From assembly GCA_001662655.1 (NCBI GenBank), contig KV460222.1: 64,000 nt of DNA, one strand, 5' to 3'. Positions 49,479-61,538 of the stretch are shown one piece after another. The notes beneath the pieces are model-generated. The model was not told the origin of the DNA, searched no databases, and saw only the letters and a list, made by a program, of their open reading frames with translations. Origin of the DNA: Pseudogymnoascus verrucosus. Taxonomy: Eukaryota. The position numbers were made by a program, and so were the translations under genes. Within the stretch, counting starts at the first letter, position 1. Each line of letters opens with the position of its first letter.

Positions 49479-50548
49479 AAAGTGTCTAGTTTGACGTGAG
49501 CTGAGATTTGTTGGTGGTAGTAGATTAGTAGTCGGTGGTGGCGGTGGTGGTTGTTGATCTTGGCTGGGGGGGTTGGCCGGGGTTAGAGATGCACGCGTCC
49601 TTGTACTGCTGTACGGTAACAATACGGTGGAGTTGGTGTAGCCGTAACGGGCAATACAGACTGCTGTCAGTGGGGTACAATGAGGGATATTTGGTGTATT
49701 TGAGGTGTATTTGTAGTGTTCTTGGCCGTAGCACGGACACGCCGGTGGGAGGGTATGACGGGTCTTGGGGGACGGTACAGACGGCACGCACGGGTGGTGG
49801 CAGTAGGTTTTTAGGTGCAGGTAGGCAGACCAGTTAGTGGATTGGTAACGGGACGGTCGGAAGTATCAAATAGTGTGTATACGCGTATAAGATTGTCTGT
49901 TTATACTGTTCGCACTGTTCTCTATATTGCTTCTATTATACTCTCTATTATACTCTCTAATATATATACTGCACAGTCAGTCTGACAGTATATGCAATAT
50001 TCATAGTCATGAAGCAGTCATCAATACAGAAACCAATATCTCGTCCTCGCCGACATGGACACCACGACCCCGTACACTACAGTACTGTACCCTCACTATA
50101 AATCAGCCCTACCCGTCCAAATCTCGATCCCACCGCCATCACCGCCGCCATTCCCTCCTAATCCCTCATTAATCTAATAAACTCATAACAAATTACTTAA
50201 GGTGATAGGACTCATAAAGTGAGTAGGTGAGTAGTATATTAACGCACCACCTGACACTAAACCACCACCACTACCCATACCTTAACCACCTGTCCCCATC
50301 CCCCAAGCGTTCCTGACCCCATCCCCCCCCACTAACTCCACTCCCCACACTAACAACAACCCAGAACAAACCCACCCGATGACGATGACGACGCCCACCT
50401 GTGGCTGTGCATGACGCCTCCCTTCCCTCCCGCGCCCGATCGATCACCAACAACGACGCCCAACTTTCTTCTTTGGCCTCGACTCGACTTTCCGGCTGGT
50501 CGGGTCCGCGGGTCCCCACGTTTTTATGAGCCGTATTGCCGGTGTTGA

Positions 50549-50590
50549 CTGGGATGGGATGGGATGGGATGGGATGAGGTTGGGATGGGG
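50549..50590 (+). repeat. (GGGAT)n microsatellite
   Basis: Direct read. Confidence 0.8.
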
Positions 50591-50732
50591 TTGGGATTCT
50601 CACCGCTTACTGGTGTTGAAATCGCTGGGAGGCAGGGCATGTGCTGACTACTACTCAGGGTTTGTGCTGGATGGATGGGATGGACTAAGCATCATTTCTC
50701 AGCCCGCTCGGAGTCTTTGCGGAGCTCACAGA

Positions 50733-51200
50733 AGGGGAAGGAGCAACTAACCAACGATGGGTCGTTCCTTCCCTCTTTTTAGAGGAGTATCGTCTGACAG
50801 CTGATGATACTACTCTAACCACCCCACCAGAAGCAACATCAGCGAGCTAGGTCAGCTGACGAGAGAAACCGCATGCTCAGGGTCCATGGTCTAGACTGTA
50901 ACGTCACCTGTACCCTTATTCTCATTTTTCTTTTGTCGTCGCCGTCGCCGTCTTCATCGTAGTCCTTGCCTTCGTCTTTGTCGTCGGGCGGGCCGAGTAT
51001 CTAGGGTTAGGTTGTATGGAGCTTCTAAAAGGAGGGAAGGAGCGCTGTCGTTGGTTTAGTCGCTCTTTCCCTTTATGTATGCCCGTCCGAGGATCTACAA
51101 GGAGGGAAGGAACGACTAATTGTTGGTTTAGTCGCTCGTTCCCTTTGTGTGAGGGTTGGAGGAGGGAAGGAGCGATCCGTTGTTGGTTGCTCTTTTCCTT
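50733..51200. repeat. Four hairpin-forming units GGGAAGGARCG...CGYTCBTTCC (three direct, one inverted)
   Basis: Units at 51031, 51101, 51161 and an inverted copy at 50733-50775. Confidence 0.85.
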
Positions 51201-51409
51201 TGTGTAGGAGTTGGGGGTATTAGGGACTTTACATCCGATACCGTACGTTCTCATATCTACCAGGTATTGCTAGACTTCGTATGCAATTAAACCCATTAAA
51301 ACCACCCACTATATGCAAAACTAAAACTATAATAAACCAAAAAATCTTAAATCATATCCCCGTCAAATATTCAACTTGACACGAACTAACCAAGCAACGC
51401 AAGCGCCCC

Positions 51410-52235
51410 CCATCTACTCACACTCCTAGGGTCGTAATAAGGCTTCTACCCAATCCCCACAACCCTCCTCCCCTCATAATCATCCGTCGCCGTATAAAAC
51501 ACCGACCTATTATCCCAAATCGCCACATCCCCCTTCCCCAACTTGAACCGGACTTGCAGATCGTGATTCCCCGCTACCACCTCTAAGAAATACGCCTTCA
51601 GCACCTCGCTCTCGCGATCGGTGAGGTCGTTGATCCACCCGTTTTTTAGTTGGCCGCCGGCGGCCAAGAGGGGTTTTTATCATGTTATGGGGTTCGTGCG
51701 GATGACGGGGTGGGTGGCTTGGAAGTCTAGACCGGTGTTGAGGGGGGATCCGCGGTTGGAGTTGATGAGGTCGAGACTGTGCTCTTTGCTGATGGAGACG
51801 AAATTAGGTTGGTGGTGGGTGGCTGTAAGGGACTCGGCGAGTTTCTGGATGGGAGGGGAGAGACGGTCATATGCTTCGTAGCTGGAGGCCTAGAGGGTGT
51901 CGTCGCTGGTGCCGGTGGGGGGGGGTGGTGTGGATTTGGAGGATGGCGTAGGAGGAGGGGATTTGTGAGAAGGTTATACTTGGGGGGGGGGATGGGGAAT
52001 GGGGAATGGGGAAAAAAGCTTACTCGGCGTGTCAGCCTTTATTAGAGATGCGCTTGTTGGTGTTGGTGAAGCGGTTGTATTTGCGGTTTTGCTGGGAGGA
52101 TGTGAGTATGGTTTTTGAGAACTGATGATTTTGTGCTGCAGTGGGAGTGGGTTGACTTACCTCTGAAGATATGACCGAGATCTCATCGTCTAGTTTTCCA
52201 TTTTCATCAACGGCAATTCCACGCTTCCTCAGTTT
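51410..52235 (-). pseudogene. TauD/TfdA-family Fe(II)/2-oxoglutarate dioxygenase, 5'-truncated with nonsense codons
   Basis: DDEISVISSE|QNRK...KG*HA|DITF (WHxD motif), DTL*ASSYEAYDRLS, HPVIRTNP, AIWDNRSVFY; introns 52092-52160 and ~51979-52023. Confidence 0.88.
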
Positions 52236-52343
52236 TGCTTTAGGGCGAAAGGCATTTTTTATGTATGTGGGGTAGAAACGCCCATGTGCCATTTTATTTC
52301 AATCATACGTGGACTATGTATGAACCATAGAACTAGATTATAT

Positions 52344-54939
52344 CAGTGTTCCCCAAAATAGTAAGAGTATTTGTGGTTTTCGAATAGTATTCGGCGATGA
52401 GCAGTATTCGGGCCATATTTGGAGTATTCGGCGAGTATTTGCCCAGATCTCGAATAGTATTCGGGCCCTCGAGTCCTTAGCGCCAAGATGCTAAGCTACG
52501 AAGATTTTACCCCGCCCTCATAGATAGATCCGTAGAAATAGATCTGTAGATACTATATTACTTGATATTTCCACTAGAATGAGCGACTCCGAGCTATTAG
52601 CGATTCTAAGTGACGAAGATGAGGATATACAGCGCCTACTACCCCTTTTTCTAGAGTCTTCGCCGTTGATAGCTCTACCATTACTACAAATACAACCACA
52701 ACTCCCAAATACTCAGTCACCGTTGTTCTTAAAGAATGTATTTAGTAGAACATTGTTAAGCACTAGCCCTACAACAATAAAGATTGTCTACATGTAAGAT
52801 GGCTGTAATTATAGGCCAAAGCCAAAGCTTTTGACATGGAATATCACAAGTAATTTATAGAGGCATGTTGAGAGCATGCATCCTTTATTATACGAAGCTA
52901 TAAAACCAGGATCTTCATTGCCACAGCGTGCTCAGAGTTCATAGAGTTAGAGTTCATAGGATTCGCAGGGCGCTCTAAATATGAGAACTGCCCGAAACAC
53001 CCAAGCATTCTTTACTCCTTAAGTAGGAGGATCTAGCTTAGTTCCTACCTCTCGATATAGAGAGTTATTACTTACATTTATTGTATCTAATAACTTACTA
53101 ATGAGTCTAGTTAATCGGCCTTCGTTTCGTCAGCTTATTCACTAGCTTAGTCCATTGACGTTAGCTATACCAACGAGCTCCTTAATGCGCGATTTACATA
53201 AGACATTCTACAACTACCATATGAAGCTACAAATCGAACTCTAGGCTCATGTAGCAAAGGGCGGATGGTTATTACTTACAACTAATACATAGTCTGCAAT
53301 GAATGGCGCAGAGCACGCTGTAATAACTGTCTATTAGATAAATAATGAATGGGTTTACTAGCACTGTGTTCTTGATATTGTACATCTAAAGGAGCCTATT
53401 CATTCTAGTGAATATCTTGTAGAGCAGCTTTAAGCTGTTACTAATGACTTTAGTATTACATATAGAGTCTTTACTATTACTAGAGATAACGCATCGAACA
53501 ATATAGCAATGCTTGCAGAGTTTGAAATAGCAGCATGCACAAGTGTTGTTTCTATATAGCAACTATGGAGCTTTATAGTAAAGGAAGGCGACGTCTAATG
53601 CATAGTACATATTATAAACCTTGTAGTTCAAGCAGCTTTAACTATGTTAAAAGCTGTACCATTAGAACAAATAGAATCATATAGGCTTAAGCAAGGCTTA
53701 GCTTATACTTAAGGCTTTGTTTCTAATCGAGAAGAAGTGGCAATAGTTCTTATAAAACTACGCTAGCATATCTATGTCTTTTAGAACCGTTAAGCGTAGA
53801 AAGATGCATTAAAAGTATAAGCATTTGCTATAGGTATTTAGGTGGTTTCAATGTCCCTCGACATGCCTATACGATGGAACTTAACATATCATATGCTCGA
53901 GAACGCTTTGAAGCTTAAGCAGCCGATTAATGCTTTATGTGCTTCGCAAACGATAGATTTAAGTATATGTAATATTATTATTACGTCAATAGAATGGCAA
54001 GTGTTACACGGACTAAGGGCGTTCTTTAAGATATTCGTTAAACTAGCAGAGCAAGTTCAAGCTAATAGTTATCTAACGTTAAACGTCTATATTCCACACT
54101 ATCTACAGCTTTTAAATAAGCTTAAGGCGATGCAAAACGCTCTATTAACAATAGCTACAATTAGCGCAGCTTGTAAAGCAGCATATAATAAGCTTGATAC
54201 TTATTATAACCTTGCAACAAATCAAGGCTCAAGCCACTCGTTAATTGCTACTATCTACGACCTAAGATTCAACCTAAGTATATACGAATTTTATATGCTA
54301 GATAGTATAGACGCTATAAAACGAGATAGAGTAAGAGCATAGTTTGCAGCTTGCTATAACTAGTATAAAGACTGTGAGAACGATATATAGGTTGCTGCTA
54401 TTAAAGCTACTATTGCTACTAAAATAGAGCAGCTAGCGATCCTAAGAGAACTTGATTCTAACGACGAGATGTATCAGCATCGTGGGCCTTCTATTGAGGA
54501 AGTTAAGTGGCGACGATGGTTTAAAGAGAATGGGGTCGACCGTAATACTAATATCCTCAAGTATTAGCAGGCAAAGCAGTATTAGTATCTAGTTATATCA
54601 CGGATCGCACGGGACTATTTAGCAATTCCGGCCTCATCGGCAGCGTTAGAGCGTATATTTAGTGTCGGCGGTGATATAGTCACAAAGAAAAGGAACAGGT
54701 TATTACCTTCAACTCTTCGATATCTACTCTGCCTACGGGATTGGGGGGTTATAGGCGACGAGGATGAGGAGTAAAGTAGAGTAGACAATTATCATATTTC
54801 ATTACTATATACTATAGTATTCGGCGAATACTCAAATACTATTCGGCGAGTATTCGTACGAGTATTCGCCGAATACTCTCAGATTACGAGTATTCGGGCA
54901 AACCCCGAATACTATTCGAATACTATTTGGGGAACACTG
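52344..54939 (+). mobile_element. hAT-superfamily DNA transposon, full length, RIP-inactivated
   Basis: 14-bp TIR CAGTGTTCCCCAAA; perfect 8-bp TSD GATTATAT (52336-52343 and 54940-54947); AGTATTCG subterminal repeats at both ends. Confidence 0.97.
52579..54774 (+). pseudogene. hAT transposase remnant
   Basis: BED-finger-like start, D..IRWN motif, C-terminal dimerisation motif IARDYLAIPASSAALERIFSVGGDIVTKKRNRL; many TAG/TAA stops. Confidence 0.92.
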
Positions 54940-54995
54940 GATTATATTGGTCGGGGGCTAAAATTTAACATATTAAATGCCAAAAATAATAAAAA

Positions 54996-55114
54996 ACATA
55001 CAACAGTGGGTATTCGCTGGTGGTCACCCACCCAACTACTAATCCACCGATCTCAAGCTTGTGTATGGCAGAGCGGACGGGATGCCCAATTCTCTTGAGT
55101 CTATGGTCGTATGT
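54996..55114 (-). rRNA. Dispersed 5S rRNA gene (119 nt)
   Basis: ACATACGACCATAG...CCCGTCCGCTCTGCC...TTAGTAGTTGGGTGGGTGACCACCAGCGAATAC...TTGTATGT; ends pair; followed by an oligo-T Pol III terminator. Confidence 0.97.
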
Positions 55115-56119
55115 GATGTGTTCTCAAGTATATTGGTATTTAAAGGCTTACAGAGCTCCGACTTCCAGAAACCCGGGATATGCAGCAGCATCGAGACCGG
55201 TGTTCCAGGGGAGAGACGCCGGATTCATGATTGCGAGAAAGCATATCGCATCAGAGGCAGTCCTCAAACTGTTCAAGCTTCGATTCCTCACTGAGGGAGT
55301 CTATAGGGAGCTAGCGATTAGCTTTATTAATCAATCTATCGATGTCTGCATCCACTAGGGCGTCCTCGCAGTCGAAGACACTATCACAACAGTCATTTTC
55401 GGCTTTATTGCAGGTTTAGCCAGCGTTTCGGCATCGGGCCGGTGGGTCTGGATCGAACACAGTGCAAACTCCGGCACCGTGAAGCGCTGAATCCTCATAT
55501 TCGAGGTTGGCACAACAGACCTGATCACCACTACAGGCTTCGACAACGATAATACATTGAGGCTATAGATTGCACTACGCCAATAGTAACTCACTCCATG
55601 TCAATCAACTGATTACATCTAACTTAAGCATTCTATAAGACTGCGCTTGCCGAGCCTAGAATATATATGTCATCAATAGCTGGATGTATTTTCTAACCAT
55701 GTATACAAAGGCGCGGAAGAGAGGAGGCAATATCGAATACATTGTCCGGAGTTTACCAGATGGGGTTGGACGGATATTGGCCTAGTACTTGATCCTTGGT
55801 AGAGGCCGTTGGTTCTGCATTAGACAGGCAGGGATCGGAGTATTTGTTTGAGGGCGGACATGGACTACAGTATGGGTTAGAGAGGGGCTGAGCTAAGCCT
55901 TGGGCAAAAACTACCAATAGTCGGTCAGGGGTGTGGTTGACAGTGATTGGTTAAAGACATGTTGTCAAAGAAGAAGAGATACGCTGTTTCAATCACAGCA
56001 GTTCCTTCAACACAGTGACACCAGATGTAGGCAGGCTGTCCCCTCCAAAGGGGAATTAATGAAATCCTATAAAAAGCAAGAGAAAATAGACAAAGAAGCG
56101 ATAGTAACACGTATAATTA

Positions 56120-56185
56120 CAGATCCTTCGCCGTCGAATGCACACCACAGTATTGCAGATCCTTCGCCGTCGAATGCACACCACA
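56120..56185 (+). repeat. Perfect 30-bp direct duplication, period 36
   Basis: CAGATCCTTCGCCGTCGAATGCACACCACA at 56120 and 56156. Confidence 0.9.
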
Positions 56186-56851
56186 CGCTGCCGAGCTGAC
56201 GCATGCTCCTAGGCTGCCGAGAATGACATGCCGATAATAACCCAATCGGGGAGGTTGACACGGCGCCCAGATTGGCGTGTATGCTAGGCTATGATTGGGT
56301 TAACCAAGGTTGCTTCTATTACAGTACGGTGGTCTGGGTTGAGGTAGCTGGGCAATTCTCGAGAATTGTTGGTGATTGTATCCACTGGCCTGTGAACAGT
56401 GCACCACCCTAGCTATCCGACCTCACTAGCTACCCGGCCCCTTTCCTGAGACACTGCCCTGTCACCGCACCCCATACATCCAGGCGGGACTATATTCCGT
56501 CGCACGAACTAGTTTCCAGAGAGACATGATAATGTTACATTTCACAGGTTCTATGTAGATATAGAATAACGATCGTCGATCCTGTAATGCTCTCAACCAA
56601 CCAGCAAAAAAAGATGGTAGGGAATCCGTTTCAGGCCTAGAAGAGGATATTAACAGTTACTAACAATATAGGGCCCCATAACTAGGTTGTTCTCGAATAG
56701 GATAACCCATGCGATCGAGGACGACTTCAATATCTGATTTTAAAATCTTACTTATTAACCTCAATTCACTTTTGCTTAACTTGTTCTCTTTTCTCATTAG
56801 AGTGATTCGCCGACATCTTGCAAAAACCACGACTATCTTCGCTTCTATGCA

Positions 56852-58165
56852 ATGGCTGGATTCCTCATCCCATCATGGTATAAAGAGGCCGTTCCAACTC
56901 TAGATGACCTCTTGATCGCAAGCATTATCTGGGGATTTACGCTGGCGTCTGGACTGTTCGCTGGTGCTAAAGCGTTCCAACAAACTACGACACTATGGAA
57001 ACGGTCTCGTCGAATTCAGCCCTATGCCGTCATGGTGTGGGCGGAATGGACTTCCTCCACAGTTATTGGAGTTTTGTCCTGGCTCTTCATCCGAGGAATC
57101 GTCCGAGCAAGGTATGCAAGATGAGGTGGTTTGGCCAAAGTGAATATGTTATTGACTTGTACTGCGGAATAGCTTCTGGGTTTATTTTGCGTTTTGTGAG
57201 GATACCCGATCACTCTATCCCTTGGTGCCCTGTTAACTGGGACTCTAGTGTGCCTCTGGGTAATTCAGATCCAGTGTATATGCGGAATCATTGTCAATCG
57301 AATCGCTCTTTTGATGGTCGACCGTCGCATGGCTGCAAAGATTAGATGGTCTGTGGCTATTATTCTGGGTCTAATCAATATCAGCGTGTTCTGCATCTGG
57401 ATTCCGGCTCGATTACAGATTTCCACCACTTTTGTCTACGTTAACGAGATCTGGGACAGGATTGAAAAGGTCCTTTTTCTATTCGTCGATGCGGCCCTCA
57501 ACTTTTATTTCATATATTTGGTTCGAACCAAATTGATCGCCTGCGGCCTTACCAAGTATATGCCGCTGTTTAAGTTCAACATGTTTATGGTTGGCGTGTC
57601 GATGAGCTTGGATGTAAGTGCAGCTTTGTATCAACTCGTGGTACGAACGACTATGGCTAAAGCTAATGCACCCAGATTATCCTCATTGGTAGCATGTCGA
57701 TTCCCAACGGTATTATGTACGTCGCACAAGAACCACGTCGCCCATTTATGTATGTGCTGATTCCCATCTAGCTACGTCCAATTCCACCCGCTGGTCTATA
57801 TGCTCAAGCTTCATATCGAGATGAACATCGCCGACCTTATTGTCAAGGTCGTCCGGGCATCAAACGACCACCCTTCTTATGCGGACGGTACAGAATTACG
57901 CTCGAGGCAAAATAGGGAGGAAACCGCCAAAGAACAAGCAAAAAGTAACAACCGGCAGCAACCAACGGACCCTTTCCCTATCAATAGAAATTATATCGAA
58001 ACATCGCCAGAAGGGGCCCAGAAGCGGTATTCAGGACATGGAATCACAAAGATGGTCCAGACCAAAGTGATTTCGAGGCGGCGCGACGAGGAAAATGATG
58101 AAGACAAAAGTTCGCAGTCGTCCACTCGCAAATTAAAGAATGATCATCAACAAGATCAGTTTTGA
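56852..58165 (+). CDS. Fungal multi-pass integral membrane protein of unknown function; multi-exon
   Basis: Hydrophobic exons (IASIIWGFTL; INISVFCIWIPARLQI; WDRIEK; KLHIEMNIADLI) separated by short GT-AG introns; hydrophilic tail. Confidence 0.75.
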
Positions 58166-59529
58166 GCGTGTACTGGAAGCTGTTGGTCGACTCAGCTGTC
58201 TGTGCCGCCCATTCCTGAATTATCCCACAGTCTTGTATGCATTACTATAAGAACAATATATATATTTCTAATAAACTTTGTTATAGACGGCGTGTACTTT
58301 CATAGATCTATATCCTCTACTCTAATGGCGACCTGCAGTCAAACCCCTCTTATAACGACCACATATAAAGCGATATACCTGTTTGTAACGGAGTACGGAA
58401 ACTCCTGTCTATTACTGGTTATAACAATACTAAAGTGATGCATCGTTGTAACTAGTTTTTAACTGTACCTCGGCTTTCATTGGCCCCTATGTTGAGATGT
58501 CAAAATGAAGCAAAGTGGCAGTTGAGATCGAGCCGCTAAGGACTCTAGCAGACATAGTGGCGGAGGCTAGTAACTTGCCGATAGTGGAGACGCCACCGGA
58601 CACATTCCGAAAATAGGTTGGGTCACTAAGAATGTTCACCGCAGTTCATAACATAATTCCGAACAAAATACAGGGGTCCTTAGGCTTCGCAATACGCATA
58701 ACGTATTAGAAAGGGATGACCGATTGGTGCAGATGCCAACCTTGCACCTCCTGCATGTTATTTATATTCAGTACACTTCGTTGCAGGGGCATCTGCATAT
58801 TTGATTTAGGGATACGAAGGATGTTTGACTCCTAACTCCAGCTTGCCCCACGTATAAGAGATTGATATAGAATAAAGACCGTTCTCGCTGCGTTGCTCCG
58901 TAGACATTATACGAGCACTTCCGGAGCACTCATTCTTATCTAGGTATACTTATGTATTTCCCAATTAAACTTAGATATATTTAGTTGGATGTACTTGAGC
59001 TTAGCTTTAATAATGCGGAGGGAAAATGTGAAGAAAAGTAGAGACATCTTCATTTGGTAAGGAACAAAAGTCATTGAATATTTCAGAAATATGCAAATCC
59101 CAGCCGTAACTTACATGCAACGAACTTCAGGAACCGGTGAAACTTCCGGTTAGTGCTACAAAGTACATCCGGTTTCACTCGACAGGAACTCTAAGGGTCT
59201 CTCGGTCTATGAGCGAGAGATCGCCATACTCCGCCGTGCCCAAGTGGATAGAAATCACACCGGACCCACGCAAGCTGTTTTGAACTTTGGAGCCCAACTG
59301 CAGCATTTGCTACCGTCCGAATCCATAGTTGGAATTCGAGGCGAATAACAGCCAAGTCTTGGCTTGTGTTATGGCAATGGGCCAACCCCACACGGTGCGG
59401 GGTACAGCCGCGACCCTTTGGAGAACTATAAAGCTAGGGGCCTATTCTCGACTGAATATAGAGAAATCTGATTTTATAGCTCGAACATCTTATTTTGTAT
59501 AGACATCTGTCGCTCCAGCTGAATTCACA

Positions 59530-61538
59530 ATGGGTTTGCACACCAAGCTAGCAGAGGGTATCGATGAGGTGGATGTGATCATTGCCGGAGGTGAGAAAAT
59601 ATCTACCCTTTCCCAGTCGTCCGGTTTGCGTGAAGCTCATCGCAAATTCTAGGTGGAACGGCTAGTTGTATTATTGCCGCAAGACTGGCTGAAGCGGATC
59701 CGAACCTGTCCATCCTAGTCATCGAGGGTGGTGCCAACAATTACAATGTGGCAAGCGTTATCTACCCGGCCTTGTTTCTACAAAATCTCGCGCCCAATAG
59801 CACGACAGCCATATTCTACAAGGGTAATAAGGCAAAGCAACTGGCGGATCGGGAGCCCATCGTTCCCTCCGGAGGTATCCTCGGCGGTGGATCATCTATC
59901 AACTTTATGATGTACACTCGAGCTCAGCGCTCTGACTTCGACTCGTGGAAAACCGCTGGGTGGTCAGCAGACGAACTGTTGCCATTCATGAAAAAGGTCC
60001 GGCTTCTTGAGTCAATATATTTGATTTTACTTGACGAGTACTCGCTAACAACCTAGTAGCTGGAAACATATCACGGCCCTGGCGAGAAAGAGCATCATGG
60101 ATTTGATGGTCCAATCCACGTATCTAATAGCACCTACCGTGCTTCGCGGCCGGAAACCGACTTTATTGATGCTGCACAAAAGGTTGGATACCCTGAGATA
60201 AAGGATCTGCAGAACCTCGATGCCAACAATGGTGTCGAGCGGTGGCTGCGTTACGTCTCGCCAGACGGCAAACGTCAAGACACCGCTCATACGTACCTTC
60301 ACCCTAAGCTTCAGGATAGCAACGCCTACCCCAACCTTCACGTGCTTGTGGAGGCTAAAGTTGTACGGGCCGTGGTTGACGACTCAGGTCGAGCAGTGGG
60401 AGTTGAATACACACCTAACCCAGACTTCCAGGCGGCCGGCATAAGCCTCACCAAGCACCCAAAGCAAACAGTGAAGGCCCGGAAGCTGGTCGTTATCTCT
60501 TGCGGAGCTTGTGGGACTCCGGCTGTGTTGGAGCGGTCTGGTGTGGGTAACGCAGAGGTTCTAGAACGCGCAGGTGTCCCTGTTGTTGTAGATCTCCCTG
60601 GCGTAGGTAATGACTATCAAGATCACCATTTGGTACTATATCCATACAGGACAAATCTAGCGGCCGACGAGACTATTGATGGGATACTTAGCGGTCGGGC
60701 AGATGCAGCAGAGCTCATTGCGAAGAACGACAAGATTATGGGCTGGAATTCAATTGACATTTCGTCCAAGGTCCGGCCCACCGATGATGAGGTTTCAGCT
60801 CTAGGTCCTGAGTTTCAGGCTGCCTGGGACCGAGATTTCAAGAATGCTCCAAACAAGCCACTCATGCTTATGGGTCTAGTCTCATGGTAAGGGTTCGAGT
60901 TTGACAATATCCAGATACTAGATATGCTAACCAGTAGAAGTTTTCTTGGTGACCCAAGCTCGGTTCCGGCTGGACAATACGTCACTATCGGAAACTACAC
61001 AGCCTACCCTTATTCTCGAGGCCATATGCACATTACTGGGTCCGACCATAGTGATCGACTTGATTTCGATGTCGGCTTCTTTACCGACCCACACGATATC
61101 GACCTGAAGAAACAGATTTGGGCGTATAAGAAGCAACGTGAGATCATGCGTCGCACTAAGATGTATAGGGGCGAACTGGCCCTCGGCCACCCACGATTTC
61201 CAGCTGGGTCTAATGCCGCTTGTGTGGAGACAAACGGCCCCCTTAATGATGTGTGCGACCTGAAATACTCAGCCGAAGATGACAAAGCAATTGAGGAATG
61301 GCTGCGTGAGAACGTTAATACTACTTGGCACTCGCTGGGAACTGCCAAGATGGCTCCGCTGGAGGAAATGGGTGTTGTCAAACCTAATCTCGACGTCCAT
61401 GGCGTTAAGGGGTTGAAGGTTGCTGACATGAGTATTGCACCCGAGAATGTTGGGGCGAACACCAACAACACAGCTTTAGTTATTGGTGAGAAAGCTGCAG
61501 ATATAATCATGCAGGAATTGGGTCTTAATCAACGCTAA
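59530..61538 (+). CDS. GMC oxidoreductase, alcohol oxidase-like (AA3_3); 4 exons
   Basis: DVIIAGG|GTASC FAD motif, LGGGSSINFMMYTR, WHSLGT and ANTNNTA catalytic His/Asn pair; introns ~59591-59652, ~59997-60056, ~60887-60939. Confidence 0.93.

Noticed and set aside
52032..52292. Independent 86-aa gene
   Set aside because: Most of it is the upstream exons and an in-frame intron of the TauD pseudogene
55020..55358. 112-aa ORF
   Set aside because: Antisense translation of the 5S rRNA gene and its flank
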